Of a stretch of DNA of 50,849 nt, positions 8,773-19,028 are shown piece after piece. Source of the stretch: Alistipes senegalensis (GTDB lineage: Bacteria > Cyanobacteriota > Vampirovibrionia > Gastranaerophilales > Gastranaerophilaceae); the NCBI GenBank assembly GCA_963620955.1, contig CAVFCO010000113.1, positions 1-50,849 of the forward strand, written 5' to 3'. The position numbers and the translations under genes were made by a program. The notes beneath the pieces are model-generated. The model did not search any database. It was given only the letters and a program-made list of their open reading frames with translations, and was not told the DNA's origin. Every line of letters starts with the position of its first letter. Within the stretch, counting starts at the first letter, position 1.

Positions 8773-10359
8773 ATGAAAGTTTTAGTTACTGATAAATGTA
8801 ATGATATGGCACGTGAAATTGTTGCTCAAGTTGCAGATGTTGACGTTCTTCCAACAATGACAGAGGACGAATATGTAGAAAATATTGGCAAATATGATGC
8901 TTTAATTATCAGAAGTGCTTCAAAAATTACAAAAAGAATTATTGATGCTGCAGATAATTTGAAAATTATTGGCAGAGCCGGTGTTGGTGTTGATAATATT
9001 GACATTGATGCGGCAACTCAAAAAGGTATTATTGTTGTAAATTCACCTGACGGTAATACAAATGCGGCAGCAGAACACACTATCGCAATGATGCTTTCAA
9101 TGGCAAGAAATATTCCATGTGCTTGTCAGTCAACAAAAGAGGGAAAATGGGATAGAGCAAAATACACAGGTGTTGAAGTTTTCGGTAAAACTCTTGGTAT
9201 TATCGGACTTGGTAAAATTGGTTCTCACGTTGCAAAAGTTGCACTTGCTTTGGGTATGAAGGTTGTTGTTTACGACCCATATACAACAGAAAGCACTGTT
9301 AAGGCAATGGGTGGCGAGTATGTTTCAGATTTAAACGATTTTTGGGGTGTTTGTGATTTTATCACTGTTCATGTTCCAAAAACAAAAGAAACAGTTGACT
9401 TAATCAACAAAAACACAATTGCAAAAATGAAAGACGGAGTAAGACTTATTAACTGTGCAAGAGGTGGTATTATCAATGAAACTGACCTTAGAGAAGCACT
9501 TGATAAAGGCAAAGTTGCAGGTGCAGCAATTGACGTATACTGCGATGAGCCTGATATTCAATCTTGTCCGTTGTTTGGTTGCGAAAAAAATCTATTAATG
9601 ACTCCTCACTTAGGTGCAAGTACTTCTGAAGCACAAATTAACGTTGCTCTAGATGTAGCAAATCAAATCAAAGAGGTTCTTTCAGGCGGTTCTGCAACAA
9701 GTGCAGTAAATATTCCAAGTTTGAAACCTGCGATTTTAGAACCTGTAAAAGACTATATGCTATTGGCTCAAAATGTTGGTGAATTTGCTGACCAAATGGC
9801 AAATGGCAACTTGAAATCAATTGAAATTACATTCAAAGGAAATCTCGCATCATTAGATGTTTCACCTTTGGAAACTTCTATTTTGAAAGGTGTATTCTCA
9901 TCTTCAATGCAAGGGGTTAACTTTGTAAACGCACCAATAATCGCAAAAAATAAAGGTATTGAGGTTTCAACAGTGAAATCTGCAACTTCTGGCGATTATA
10001 TCGGTTCAATTACCGTAAAATTATCAACAGACAAAGAACAAGTGAAAGTTTCAGGTGCGTTGATTTCAGAAGATGTTAAACGTATTGTAAAAGTAAACAA
10101 CTTTAATACAAGTATTGAACCTGAAGAACACATGTTGCTTGTTCCTCACGAAAACAAACCTTGTATGATTGCAAAAGTTGCAACAGTAATCGGTGAGGCA
10201 GGAATTAACATCAACCACATGAGCGTTTCACCTGAAAGTCAAAAACATCTTTCAATGATGATTATTTCAACTGGTTCAGAGGTTGAAGAAAACGTATTGA
10301 ATGAAATAAACAAAATTGACGGTGTAACTGATGCAAAATACGTTCATTTAGGTAGATAA
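8773..10359 (+). CDS. serA: D-3-phosphoglycerate dehydrogenase with C-terminal ACT domain
   Basis: 528 aa. [10 protein letters not shown] Rossmann motif, NCARGG, PHLGAST, and a C-terminal ACT-like segment. Confidence 0.9.
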   Translation: MKVLVTDKCNDMAREIVAQVADVDVLPTMTEDEYVENIGKYDALIIRSASKITKRIIDAADNLKIIGRAGVGVDNIDIDAATQKGIIVVNSPDGNTNAAAEHTIAMMLSMARNIPCACQSTKEGKWDRAKYTGVEVFGKTLGIIGLGKIGSHVAKVALALGMKVVVYDPYTTESTVKAMGGEYVSDLNDFWGVCDFITVHVPKTKETVDLINKNTIAKMKDGVRLINCARGGIINETDLREALDKGKVAGAAIDVYCDEPDIQSCPLFGCEKNLLMTPHLGASTSEAQINVALDVANQIKEVLSGGSATSAVNIPSLKPAILEPVKDYMLLAQNVGEFADQMANGNLKSIEITFKGNLASLDVSPLETSILKGVFSSSMQGVNFVNAPIIAKNKGIEVSTVKSATSGDYIGSITVKLSTDKEQVKVSGALISEDVKRIVKVNNFNTSIEPEEHMLLVPHENKPCMIAKVATVIGEAGININHMSVSPESQKHLSMMIISTGSEVEENVLNEINKIDGVTDAKYVHLGR

Positions 10360-10390
10360 TAATTCTTTTTTAAAAGAATTAAAAGATATT

Positions 10391-10429
10391 AAAAGGGCGG
10401 ACAAATCTTCGATTTGTCCGCCCTTTTTT
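10391..10429. terminator. Bidirectional rho-independent terminator between the convergent serA and acyl-CoA ligase genes
   Basis: 17-bp stem aaaagggcggacaaatc / gatttgtccgccctttt, flanked by A-run and T-run. Confidence 0.75.
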
Positions 10430-10441
10430 ATGATGGTTTTG

Positions 10442-12106
10442 TTATGCTCTTTTTTTATCGTATTCTTGTTTAATTTCTTTTCTTTTAACTTTTTTAGTAG
10501 CAGTTCTTGGAAGTGCTTCTCTTGAAACGATAATTGTTGTTGGACGTTTGAAGTTAGAAAGTCTTTTTGAGTATTCTTTTACTTCTTTAATGATTTCCTT
10601 TTCTAAGTCAACATCGTTAGGGAAGTTATTTTGCATTTCTTCTGTTGGTACAATTTTGATAACGATATCTTCGCTACCGTCTTTTTGTCCACCTTGACGA
10701 ACCCCACCGAATACGCAAAGTTCAGCGAATTTTGGTGATTTTTCCATAACTGCTTCAACTTCTTCAGGGAATACTTTTTTACCACCTGAAAGAACAATCA
10801 TGTTTTTAATTCTACCTGTAATCCAGATAAATCCATCTCTGTCAATTCTTGCGATATCACCAGTTCTTAACCAACCGTCCTCAGTCATAACTTCTGCCGT
10901 TAAGTCATCACGCTTGAAATAACCTTTCATTACGTTAGGACCTTTTACTTGCAATTCGCCAGTTTCAGCATCAATTCTTACGTCCATATCTGGTAATGGT
11001 CTACCTACAGAACCCAATTTGTTGTGTCCTTTTGTGTTTACAGAAACAATAGGGCTTGCTTCTGAAAGACCATAACCTTCAAATACTTGGATACCAATTG
11101 TATTGAAGAATTTACCGATATTAATATCTAATGGAGCACCACCTGATAGAACACCTTTGAATTTTCCGCCTAAACGTTTATGTAAAGTTCTGAATAATAA
11201 TTTTCTCACAGTGAAAGATGGAATTAATTCTGCAATTCTAAATTTTACGTGGAATAAGAATTTTCTAACTGGGTTGTATTTGTTAACTGTTGATTCCAAA
11301 CTTGTTTTTAAAAGTTTTAAGAATGCTGGAACAACAACCATAAATGTAATCTTTTTCTTTTGAATAACTTCAAATAGGTCGTTTGGTTTTAAACTCTTAG
11401 AGTAGTAAAGGTTTGCACCCAAACTTAAGAATGATAAGAAACCAACTGTCAATTCAAACAAGTGATTCATAGGAAGAATTGAAAGTAATCTATCATTTTG
11501 AGTTAGAGGGAAGCATTTCACAACGTTGTTAACTTGTGAGATAACGTTTTTGTAAGTGATTTGAACCCCTTTTGGCATACCAGTTGTACCTGATGTGTAG
11601 ATGATAAGAGCAGTTTGGTTTTGGCTTCTGTGTCTCCATCTTTTTACTGGGTAATCTGGAATTGTATAAAGACTTTCGTAATCTCTATTTGAACCTTTGT
11701 CATCCATCAAGATAACTTGTTCAATTGATGGAATTTGTTCTTTCATTTTTAGACCCATTTCAAAGTGAGCACTTGAAACAAGTAAAATTCTTGGCAAGCA
11801 GTCGCTTAAAATTGAGTTTAATTCATATTGAGTTAATTTGATATCCAATGGAACTACTGTACCACCGGCAATAATGATAGAGAAGAATGCTGCACTCCAT
11901 TCTGGTGTTGATTCTGATAAAATTGCGATTTTATCACCTTTTTGAATTCCGCTATGGATTAAGTATCCGCCAAGTCTTTTTGCAAGGATATTAATACCTT
12001 TGTAAGTCAATTCTGACCAACCTAAATTTGTACGAATACCTAATGCTGTATTTTCTCCGAATTTTTTTGTTTTTTCTTCAAGGAATAATAGTAAATTATT
12101 AATCAT
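10442..12106 (-). CDS. AMP-dependent long-chain acyl-CoA synthetase/ligase
   Basis: YTSGTTGMPKG, GYGLSE and TGDIA motifs. I prefer ATG 12106 (MINNLL...) to the TTG at 12124 used by the track. Confidence 0.85.
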   Translation of the reverse strand: MINNLLLFLEEKTKKFGENTALGIRTNLGWSELTYKGINILAKRLGGYLIHSGIQKGDKIAILSESTPEWSAAFFSIIIAGGTVVPLDIKLTQYELNSILSDCLPRILLVSSAHFEMGLKMKEQIPSIEQVILMDDKGSNRDYESLYTIPDYPVKRWRHRSQNQTALIIYTSGTTGMPKGVQITYKNVISQVNNVVKCFPLTQNDRLLSILPMNHLFELTVGFLSFLSLGANLYYSKSLKPNDLFEVIQKKKITFMVVVPAFLKLLKTSLESTVNKYNPVRKFLFHVKFRIAELIPSFTVRKLLFRTLHKRLGGKFKGVLSGGAPLDINIGKFFNTIGIQVFEGYGLSEASPIVSVNTKGHNKLGSVGRPLPDMDVRIDAETGELQVKGPNVMKGYFKRDDLTAEVMTEDGWLRTGDIARIDRDGFIWITGRIKNMIVLSGGKKVFPEEVEAVMEKSPKFAELCVFGGVRQGGQKDGSEDIVIKIVPTEEMQNNFPNDVDLEKEIIKEVKEYSKRLSNFKRPTTIIVSREALPRTATKKVKRKEIKQEYDKKRA

Positions 12107-12250
12107 AAATATTTCCCTTTCCAACTTTTAATAAGTCTTTTTGCTTCAAAATCTTTGGTATCAATTTATTTCAGCCCAAAATAAATTATACCAAAAAAAG
12201 ATTCTAATGCAACTCTCTGAAAATAGTTCTATCAGTTGAAAGTACGGTAA

Positions 12251-12278
12251 TTGTTTTAATCATGGAAGTTGTTATAAT
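12251..12278 (+). promoter_or_regulatory. Putative promoter for rubrerythrin
   Basis: TTGTTT, 16-nt spacer, TATAAT, upstream of the AGGAAAGGAG RBS. Confidence 0.3.
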
Positions 12279-12305
12279 TTTAAATATTCTAGGAAAGGAG
12301 TTTTT

Positions 12306-12845
12306 ATGAAATTTGAAGGTAGTCAAACAGAGAAAAATTTACAAGAGGCTTTCAGTGGTGAATCGAAAGCAAGAAATATGTATACTTTTTATGCTTCACA
12401 AGCAAGAAAAGACGGTTATGAACATATTGCAAAAACCTTTGAAGATACGGCAATTAACGAAATGGCACATGCAAAAATCTGGTTTAAATACTTAAATGGT
12501 GGCGAAATTCAAGATACTTTAAAAAATCTTGAAACTTCGATTAAAAGTGAACATTACGAATGGACAGAAATGTATAAAAATTTTGCAAAAACAGCAAAAG
12601 AAGAGGGATTTGAGGATATTGCAAGACATTTTGAAATGGTTGCAACTGTTGAAAAATTCCATAACGAACGATACGACAAAATTATCGAAGAACTAAAAGA
12701 GGAGAAAGTTTTCAGTTCGCCAGAACCCGTAAAATGGGAGTGTGCAAACTGTGGATTTCACGTTTTGAGCAAAACAGCACCAAAAGTTTGCCCATTGTGC
12801 GACCACCCTCAGTCATTCTTTTTCAAAGACAGTGATGAAGAATAA
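12306..12845 (+). CDS. rbr: Rubrerythrin
   Basis: Ferritin-like diiron region (E..E..H patterns) plus a C-terminal rubredoxin-like CANCG...CPLCDHP. Confidence 0.9.
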   Translation: MKFEGSQTEKNLQEAFSGESKARNMYTFYASQARKDGYEHIAKTFEDTAINEMAHAKIWFKYLNGGEIQDTLKNLETSIKSEHYEWTEMYKNFAKTAKEEGFEDIARHFEMVATVEKFHNERYDKIIEELKEEKVFSSPEPVKWECANCGFHVLSKTAPKVCPLCDHPQSFFFKDSDEE

Positions 12846-12852
12846 TTTTGTT

Positions 12853-12890
12853 TCGGTATTTGCAGTTTAATGCTGCGAATACCGATTTTT
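12853..12890 (+). terminator. Rho-independent terminator after rubrerythrin
   Basis: 13-bp stem tcggtatttgcag / ctgcgaataccga (one G-U pair), 7-nt loop, then TTTTT. Confidence 0.7.
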
Positions 12891-12893
12891 GCA

Positions 12894-14396
12894 TTATTTT
12901 TTTACGGTGCAACCAGAATCTTCTGAATCGATTTTTCCGTCAAAATCGTTGTCAATTCCGTCGTAACAAGAGCCAAGTGAGTCATGAGATTCGCTTGAAA
13001 CATTTTTCTTCAACCAAATTTCTGGAATTTTGTTCCAAACATACATGAAAAAGTTTTTATAATATTTTGCCATTCTTGGATTTTCTATCAACAATACATT
13101 TTCATCGTTTCTTGAATTACCGCTTTTTGACAAATTCATAGAGCCTAAAATAACGTATCTATCGTCGACAATGATACTTTTTGAATGCATTTTGCCTGCA
13201 TAGTTTTCGGTTTTAACTTCGACACCTTGTTTCCTCAAAGTACCGTGTGTTGAATGTTTGTTGTTTGCATTTGTTGCATCAAGAATGATTTTTACATCAA
13301 CATTTCTCGCTTTTGCATTTGCAAGTGCTTGTGAAAGTTTTTTGTGTGTAACTACAAATGTTGGTATGTAAATATAACTTTTTGCGTTGTTTACTAATGG
13401 GATTATAACCGTGTCGATAACGCTATCTTGAGGTGAAAAATATACTGAAACTAAAGAATCTCCAAGCAAAATGTTTTCTTTGTTTTCAATTTTTGCTTTT
13501 TTGTTGTGGAATTTGTTATCATACATTTGCTCAAATTCTTTTTCATAAATTTCTGCAATTTCAGGTGATTTTATTTGTACAATTGCATTTGAATTAAACC
13601 CTGAAATATCTGTCGTACTTATATTTGCAGAACCTGTTATAACAACTTTTTTATCAAAAATAAAGAATTTGTTGTGCATAATTGAACCTTGATATGTTGC
13701 ATCGCCGTAATCTGCTTTGCTTTCGGCTAATGTTCTTGCAAGGTTGAATGTGTCAGGGTAGAAGTTAGAACCTTGTGCGTTAACGTCATAAACCATACGG
13801 ATTGTAACCCCTCTACGAATTGCGTTTTGCAAAGCAGTTGTGATATCCGGAATATCAGTGTAACCATAAAGAGCCATATCAATTGTTTTGTTTGCATTAT
13901 TAATTTGGTCTACAAGTGTAAGGCAATAATCAGTGGTACACTTGTTGCTAGGCAAAAATACTGTTGTTAAATCGGTCAAAAATAGTTTTATTTGCTCTTG
14001 AGAAATTTCAAATTTTTGAGGATGAATTTTCTTCAAAAGTTCTTGTTCTTTGATATTTTTGTCATCTTTTGCGTCTTTTTTTATGTTGCTTGCAATATTT
14101 TGGCAAAATTTACAAGCCTGAGCATCTTTTGGTAACTGACTTGTAGGTAAAATTACCGAATCGTGTGCCATTTGACCGTATTTGCAGTTCAAACGGTGGT
14201 ATTTGTTGCTTTTGTTGTTGTAAATTCTTAATTTGTATGTTTTTGCAAGTTGAATTTGCTTTTCAAAAGCCTTTTTGTTTACGGGTTCTCTATCTTTCAG
14301 TGCAAATGGCGAATTTTGTATAATTTTATTATAATTTAAGCAAACTTTGAGCATATTTTTCTGCAAAATATCCGATAGAAAGAGCGGTTTCTTCAT
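12894..14396 (-). CDS. Phospholipase D superfamily protein with two HKD motifs
   Basis: HNKFFIFD..GSANIS and HSKSIIVDD..GSMNLS. N-terminal YHRLNC...CKFC Cys motif. C-terminal CYDGIDNDFDGKIDSEDSGC acidic, Ca-binding-like motif. Start uncertain because it overlaps the upstream ORF by 68 nt. Confidence 0.75.
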   Translation of the reverse strand: MKKPLFLSDILQKNMLKVCLNYNKIIQNSPFALKDREPVNKKAFEKQIQLAKTYKLRIYNNKSNKYHRLNCKYGQMAHDSVILPTSQLPKDAQACKFCQNIASNIKKDAKDDKNIKEQELLKKIHPQKFEISQEQIKLFLTDLTTVFLPSNKCTTDYCLTLVDQINNANKTIDMALYGYTDIPDITTALQNAIRRGVTIRMVYDVNAQGSNFYPDTFNLARTLAESKADYGDATYQGSIMHNKFFIFDKKVVITGSANISTTDISGFNSNAIVQIKSPEIAEIYEKEFEQMYDNKFHNKKAKIENKENILLGDSLVSVYFSPQDSVIDTVIIPLVNNAKSYIYIPTFVVTHKKLSQALANAKARNVDVKIILDATNANNKHSTHGTLRKQGVEVKTENYAGKMHSKSIIVDDRYVILGSMNLSKSGNSRNDENVLLIENPRMAKYYKNFFMYVWNKIPEIWLKKNVSSESHDSLGSCYDGIDNDFDGKIDSEDSGCTVKK

Positions 14397-14634
14397 CGAT
14401 ATTCATACTTTCAGCATAATTTTTTTGATAATCACTGACTTTAGATGAAAAAGTTTCAACTCCGTCTACGGTAAATTTTTCATTTCCCTCAACTTTACCG
14501 TTTTTGTTCAAATCCAGTGCAATTTCCGACGGCGAATAAACCTTGACAACTTTTACAGAATTTTTTGTATAAAGTATGCAAGATACAAAAACAACAAGCA
14601 TACAAACAATTAATGCGATACTAAACTTTTTCAT
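14329..14634 (-). CDS. Small signal-peptide protein; possibly the detached N-terminus of the PLD gene
   Basis: MKKFSIALIVCMLVVFVSC signal or lipoprotein-like N-terminus. Ends inside the PLD ORF in a different frame. Confidence 0.45.
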   Translation of the reverse strand: MKKFSIALIVCMLVVFVSCILYTKNSVKVVKVYSPSEIALDLNKNGKVEGNEKFTVDGVETFSSKVSDYQKNYAESMNIDEETALSIGYFAEKYAQSLLKL

Positions 14635-15484
14635 ATTCTTGTTCTACTAATTTTGTGTATGTTGTGAATTCAAATCCAAAATTTTCTATTCTGAATTTCA
14701 TATCTTTGTTTATTGTAATCAAGTATTCGTCTTGTTTTTCAGAGTAATATGGGTGAATTAAGCATTCTACAAGAATGTTTTCATCATTTTTAAATACTCT
14801 CAAGCCGTTTTCAACAGTGTTGTTGTCCATCATTCCTGTATAACTTACACCAACAAGATATTTGTTTGTTTTTAAATCTGGATAATTTTTTAAAGTTTCT
14901 CTGTTTTTTAAAGTAAAACTGTTTAATAACGCCACTTTTATTTGATTTATCGGATATTTTAAATTCAAATGTTTGTTCAAAAGTGGAGTTATGTAAGGTC
15001 TTTCAAATTGAGTTCTAACGTAAGGAATTTTGTATTCGTGAGCAAGTTTGCAAGTTAATTCAAAAATGTTTGGAATACCGTGTGTGTGTACGTGAGAATC
15101 AATATGAGCAGGAATAAAATGTGGCAAAATCTTTTCGATTTGTGCTCTAAATTCAATTTCTAATTGGCGGATAAATTCTTTATCGTAAGATTTGATAAGG
15201 ATTTGCGACCAACTATTATTAAAAACACCGTCCTTGTTTACAAGCATAGGAATTTTGTTTGGGGCTGTTAATGCTTTACCCTCAATGATGTTTAAATGCA
15301 CACCAATACATAATTCTGGACATTCAGGTATAATTTCATTTACAACAGCATTAAAAGCCTCTCCGTTTGCACAAAGACTTGCAGATTTAAGCACTCCACT
15401 GTTATAACCGTCAATTACCCCATGGTTAATGTTTTTTGAGATACCTAAATCGTCTGCGTTTAATATAAATTTCTTATTACTCAT
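14621..15484 (-). CDS. YdjC/ChbG-family carbohydrate deacetylase
   Basis: FILNADDLG N-terminal motif and a HIDSHVHTH metal-site region. Start set at ATG 15484 (MSNKKF...), because the track extension runs across the divergent promoter. Confidence 0.8.
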   Translation of the reverse strand: MSNKKFILNADDLGISKNINHGVIDGYNSGVLKSASLCANGEAFNAVVNEIIPECPELCIGVHLNIIEGKALTAPNKIPMLVNKDGVFNNSWSQILIKSYDKEFIRQLEIEFRAQIEKILPHFIPAHIDSHVHTHGIPNIFELTCKLAHEYKIPYVRTQFERPYITPLLNKHLNLKYPINQIKVALLNSFTLKNRETLKNYPDLKTNKYLVGVSYTGMMDNNTVENGLRVFKNDENILVECLIHPYYSEKQDEYLITINKDMKFRIENFGFEFTTYTKLVEQEYEKV

Positions 15485-15553
15485 AAATTTTTCTTGCCCT
15501 TTGCTATAAATTATTATAATATAAAAACAAGCATAAAACAAAAAGGATATAAC

Positions 15554-16507
15554 ATGAAGAAACCCACTTTAGCAATTACAGTACCTTGTTACAACGAAGA
15601 ATTGTGTATTGAAAGCACTACAAACACATTGATAGAGGTCATAACAGATTTGATTGCTAAAGATAAAATAAACGATGACAGTTTTATTTACTTTGTTGAT
15701 GACGGTTCAAAGGATAAAACTTGGGAACTTATTTCTCAAATGCACGAAAAACATTCGCTTGTAAAAGGTGCAAAATTTGTTAGAAATTACGGCAACCAAA
15801 AGGCTCATATTGCAGGTTTGATGGGTGCTAGAGATTTTGGTTGTGATTGTGTTGTATCAATCGATGCGGACTTGCAACAAGACCCTTGGGCAATTGAAAA
15901 ATTTGTTGATAAATATATGGAAGGCTACGAAATCGTTGCTGGTATTAGAAACAGTCGTGATACAGATACTTTCTTGAAGAAAACAACTGCGATTTGTTTC
16001 TATAAAACAATGAATTTGTTGGGTGTAAAAATTCCGATGAATCATTCAGACTTCCGTCTTGTAAGCAAAAAAGCCCTTGACGTATTGGCTGAATATCCTG
16101 AAAAACAAATCTTTTTGAGAGGATTTTTCAACGAAATTGGTTTAAAAGAAGCATTTGTTAATTTTGATGTAAAACCAAGAATGAAAGGCGAATCAAAGTT
16201 CAACTATATGATTTTGTTCGGCTTGGCATTAAACGGTATAACTTCATTCAGCATTATGCCACTTAGAATTATCGCTGTTATAGGATTTTTAATGGCAGTA
16301 TTCTCTTTCGGTTTGGGTGTTGAAGTTTGCTATGAAAAATTTGTTCTAGATTCAACTCCAAGCGGTTGGGCAACAATTGTTGTATTAATGTCATTCTTTG
16401 GCGGGCTTCAATTGTTCTGTATGGGCATTATTGGCGAATACCTAGGTCAAGTTTATAGAGAAGTTAAAGCAAGGCCAAGATATATTGTTGATACAATTTT
16501 GAAATAA
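15554..16507 (+). CDS. Family 2 glycosyltransferase, polyprenyl-phosphate sugar transferase type (ArnC/GtrB/DPM1-like)
   Basis: VPCYNEE, VDDGSKD and SIDADLQQD motifs plus two C-terminal TM helices. Start set at ATG 15554 (MKKPTL...) with an AAAAGGA RBS. Confidence 0.85.
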   Translation: MKKPTLAITVPCYNEELCIESTTNTLIEVITDLIAKDKINDDSFIYFVDDGSKDKTWELISQMHEKHSLVKGAKFVRNYGNQKAHIAGLMGARDFGCDCVVSIDADLQQDPWAIEKFVDKYMEGYEIVAGIRNSRDTDTFLKKTTAICFYKTMNLLGVKIPMNHSDFRLVSKKALDVLAEYPEKQIFLRGFFNEIGLKEAFVNFDVKPRMKGESKFNYMILFGLALNGITSFSIMPLRIIAVIGFLMAVFSFGLGVEVCYEKFVLDSTPSGWATIVVLMSFFGGLQLFCMGIIGEYLGQVYREVKARPRYIVDTILK

Positions 16508-16523
16508 AAGTTTTTTAAGGTTT

Positions 16524-16566
16524 AAGGCGGAGCCGAGATGAAATCTCGGCTCCGCCTTTCCATTTC
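16524..16566 (+). terminator. Rho-independent terminator after the GT2 gene
   Basis: 16-bp GC-rich stem aaggcggagccgagat / atctcggctccgcctt, followed by a T-rich tail. Confidence 0.75.
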
Positions 16567-16589
16567 TATTATAAAATTTTCCAAAATAA

Positions 16590-16611
16590 AAAGCGGTCAT
16601 TTGACCGCTTT
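16590..16611 (-). terminator. Terminator-like hairpin for the ftsH / RHH-gene transcript
   Basis: Stem aaagcggtca / tgaccgcttt. On the minus strand it is followed by ttttatttt. Confidence 0.5.
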
Positions 16612-16732
16612 GAAAATTTTTACCTAATTAAATTTACTTACTTACCTTTTTTCCCTATATGTTTTACCAAGCATCTGTGCTTGTTCAAAAAACTTGCTTG
16701 TTAATTTAACGGAACAGAAATGTTCCATTAAA

Positions 16733-16921
16733 TTAGTCTAACAATGCTTCAAGAATTGCTGCGTTTTTGCTTGCTACTTTTGCGTTGAAGTTGTTGTTTC
16801 TGTGAATATATGTTCTCAAGGCTTCACGAATTAATTCTGAACGTGTGCGGTTTTCATTTCCTGCAACTGCATCGATTTGATCCAAAAATTGTTCTGGCAT
16901 TGAAATTAAAACTTTAGCCAT
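16733..16921 (-). CDS. Ribbon-helix-helix (CopG/MetJ-like) DNA-binding protein
   Basis: 62 aa. MAKVLISMPEQFLDQID....RTRSELIREALRTYI matches a beta-strand, helix, helix RHH pattern. Confidence 0.7.
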   Translation of the reverse strand: MAKVLISMPEQFLDQIDAVAGNENRTRSELIREALRTYIHRNNNFNAKVASKNAAILEALLD

Positions 16922-17024
16922 TGTTAAATATCTCCTATTGTGTAATATACCTCGTACTCATGTAAAGTTTTTTTTGAGAAAAAAATTGCGTTTTTTGTAA
17001 ATTATGTGTTTACAAAAGTTTACA

Positions 17025-18911
17025 TTAGAACTCAGAGCGAGATTTTTTAACTTGTTCCATTAATTCAACGAATTCTTTTTCGTCTAGAGTTTCCATTTCA
17101 AGAAGTTTGTGGGAGATTGTGTCAAGCATATCTCTGTTATCTTCTAGTAATGTTTTTGCAAGTTCATATTGCTCATTAACGATTCTTTGAACTTCGTTAT
17201 CAATTTCTGCTGCAACTTCTTCTGAGTAATCTCTTTGGTGTCCGAAATCACGTCCCATAAATACGTGGTCTTCGCTCTTACCGTAAGCAAGATTGCCTAA
17301 CTTTTCACTCATGCCGTATTTTGTAACCATTGCTCGAGCCATTTGAGAAACTTTTTCAAGGTCGTTAGAAGCACCAGTTGTAATGAATTCTTTACCGTAG
17401 ATGATTTCTTCTGCAACTCTACCGCCAAGAGTCATGGCGATTTTATCCAATAATTGAACTTTTTTCATTGTTAAGTGGTCTTTTTCCGGAAGTACCATTG
17501 TAACCCCAAGAGCCATACCACGAGGGATAATTGACACTTTGTGTAATGGGTCGCAGTTTTTAAGAAGTTTTGCAAGTAAAGCATGTCCAACTTCGTGATA
17601 AGCAGTATTTTCTTTTTCTTCGTCTGAGATAATACGGCTTTTCTTTTCAGGGCCTGCCATAACTTTGTCGATTGCTTCTTCCAAATCGTCCATATAAATT
17701 CTAGTTTTGTTATGACGAGCAGCAAGTAAAGCGGCTTCGTTCAAAAGGTTTTGTAAATCAGCACCAGTGAACCCTGGAGTTCTTTTTGCTAAAGTTTTCA
17801 AATCAACTTCTTCTGCAAGAGGTTTGTTTTTAGCATGAACTTTAAGGATTTGTTCTCTGCCTAAGATGTCAGGTCTGTTGATAACGATTTGTCTGTCAAA
17901 TCTACCTGGTCTTAGAAGTGCATTGTCTAAGATGTCAGGTCTGTTTGTTGCTGCGATAACAATGATGTTCATTGTTTCGTCGAAACCGTCCATTTCAACA
18001 AGTAATTGGTTAAGAGTTTGTTCTCTTTCGTCGTGTCCGCCACCAAGACCTGCACCACGTTGACGACCTACAGCATCAATTTCGTCGATGAAAATAATAC
18101 ATGGTTGATGTTTTTTTGCTTGTTCAAACAAATCACGAACACGGCTTGCACCAACACCAACGAACATTTCAACGAAGTCAGAACCAGAGATTGAGAAGAA
18201 AGGAACTCCTGCTTCTCCGGCAACGGCTTTAGCCATTAATGTTTTACCAGTCCCTGGAGGTCCTACAAGTAGAACACCTTTTGGAATTTTCGCACCTAAT
18301 TTGATATATTTTTCGCCATTTTTAAGAAAATCAACGATTTCTTCAAGTTCTTTCTTTTCCTCGTCAATCCCTGCAACATCGCTGAATAGAACTTTTACTT
18401 TGCTATCTAAAAGCATTTTTGCTCTGCTTTTGCCAAAAGACATTGCTTGAGAACCGCCTGCTGAAAGTCCTTTAGCCATAAGGATTAAGAAGATAATCAC
18501 AAAGATTGGTAGAGCAAGTGAGCCGATTAAATTCATCAATTTAGAAGATTCACTTGGCTTGCTAACTGAGATTTCAACGTTTGCTTCTTCAAGTTTTTTG
18601 ATAAGACTAGCATCATTTGGAGTTAGTACTTTGTATTGTAAAACAGGAGTAGATTGATTCATGCTGTAAAGTAGAGGAAGTTCTTTTCCTGATTTTTTTG
18701 CTTGTTTTTCAGGTTGTTTTTTAGGAGTTGCGATTAAAAAAGTTTTGTCCATTTCGACAGACTTAATTTCATCGTTCGCAAGTTTTTGTAGGAAGTTTGT
18801 GTAAGTAAGTTCTTCAGTTGTAGTAACAGGACCTGAGAATAGCATAGACACAAATGCCAAAACCATTATGCCTAAAATTATGTACATTCCTAACGATTGA
18901 CTTTTATTCAT
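17025..18911 (-). CDS. ftsH: ATP-dependent zinc metalloprotease FtsH
   Basis: GPPGTGKT Walker [10 protein letters not shown] Walker [19 protein letters not shown] second region of homology, HEVGHAL zinc site, and two N-terminal TM helices. Confidence 0.95.
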   Translation of the reverse strand: MNKSQSLGMYIILGIMVLAFVSMLFSGPVTTTEELTYTNFLQKLANDEIKSVEMDKTFLIATPKKQPEKQAKKSGKELPLLYSMNQSTPVLQYKVLTPNDASLIKKLEEANVEISVSKPSESSKLMNLIGSLALPIFVIIFLILMAKGLSAGGSQAMSFGKSRAKMLLDSKVKVLFSDVAGIDEEKKELEEIVDFLKNGEKYIKLGAKIPKGVLLVGPPGTGKTLMAKAVAGEAGVPFFSISGSDFVEMFVGVGASRVRDLFEQAKKHQPCIIFIDEIDAVGRQRGAGLGGGHDEREQTLNQLLVEMDGFDETMNIIVIAATNRPDILDNALLRPGRFDRQIVINRPDILGREQILKVHAKNKPLAEEVDLKTLAKRTPGFTGADLQNLLNEAALLAARHNKTRIYMDDLEEAIDKVMAGPEKKSRIISDEEKENTAYHEVGHALLAKLLKNCDPLHKVSIIPRGMALGVTMVLPEKDHLTMKKVQLLDKIAMTLGGRVAEEIIYGKEFITTGASNDLEKVSQMARAMVTKYGMSEKLGNLAYGKSEDHVFMGRDFGHQRDYSEEVAAEIDNEVQRIVNEQYELAKTLLEDNRDMLDTISHKLLEMETLDEKEFVELMEQVKKSRSEF

Positions 18912-19028
18912 TTAATTTACCTTTCGTATATATAATCAATAATTATAATATATCATAAATAATATAAGGCAAGGTATGACAAGAGTATAAAAACTATTAA
19001 TATAAATTTATAAAAGTTATTTCAACAC

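Noticed and set aside
12262-12290. PerR/Fur-box-like sequence (TTATAATTTTAAATA) overlapping the rubrerythrin promoter.
   Set aside because: Only one half-site matches the TTATAAT-N-ATTATAA consensus. In a genome this AT-rich such a match is expected by chance.
15485-15553. Mutually overlapping 5' extensions of the divergent YdjC (to 15541) and GT2 (from 15494) ORFs.
   Set aside because: Both extensions are low-complexity, AT-rich read-through of the shared promoter region. Internal ATGs at 15484 and 15554 give canonical family N-termini, and the second has an RBS.
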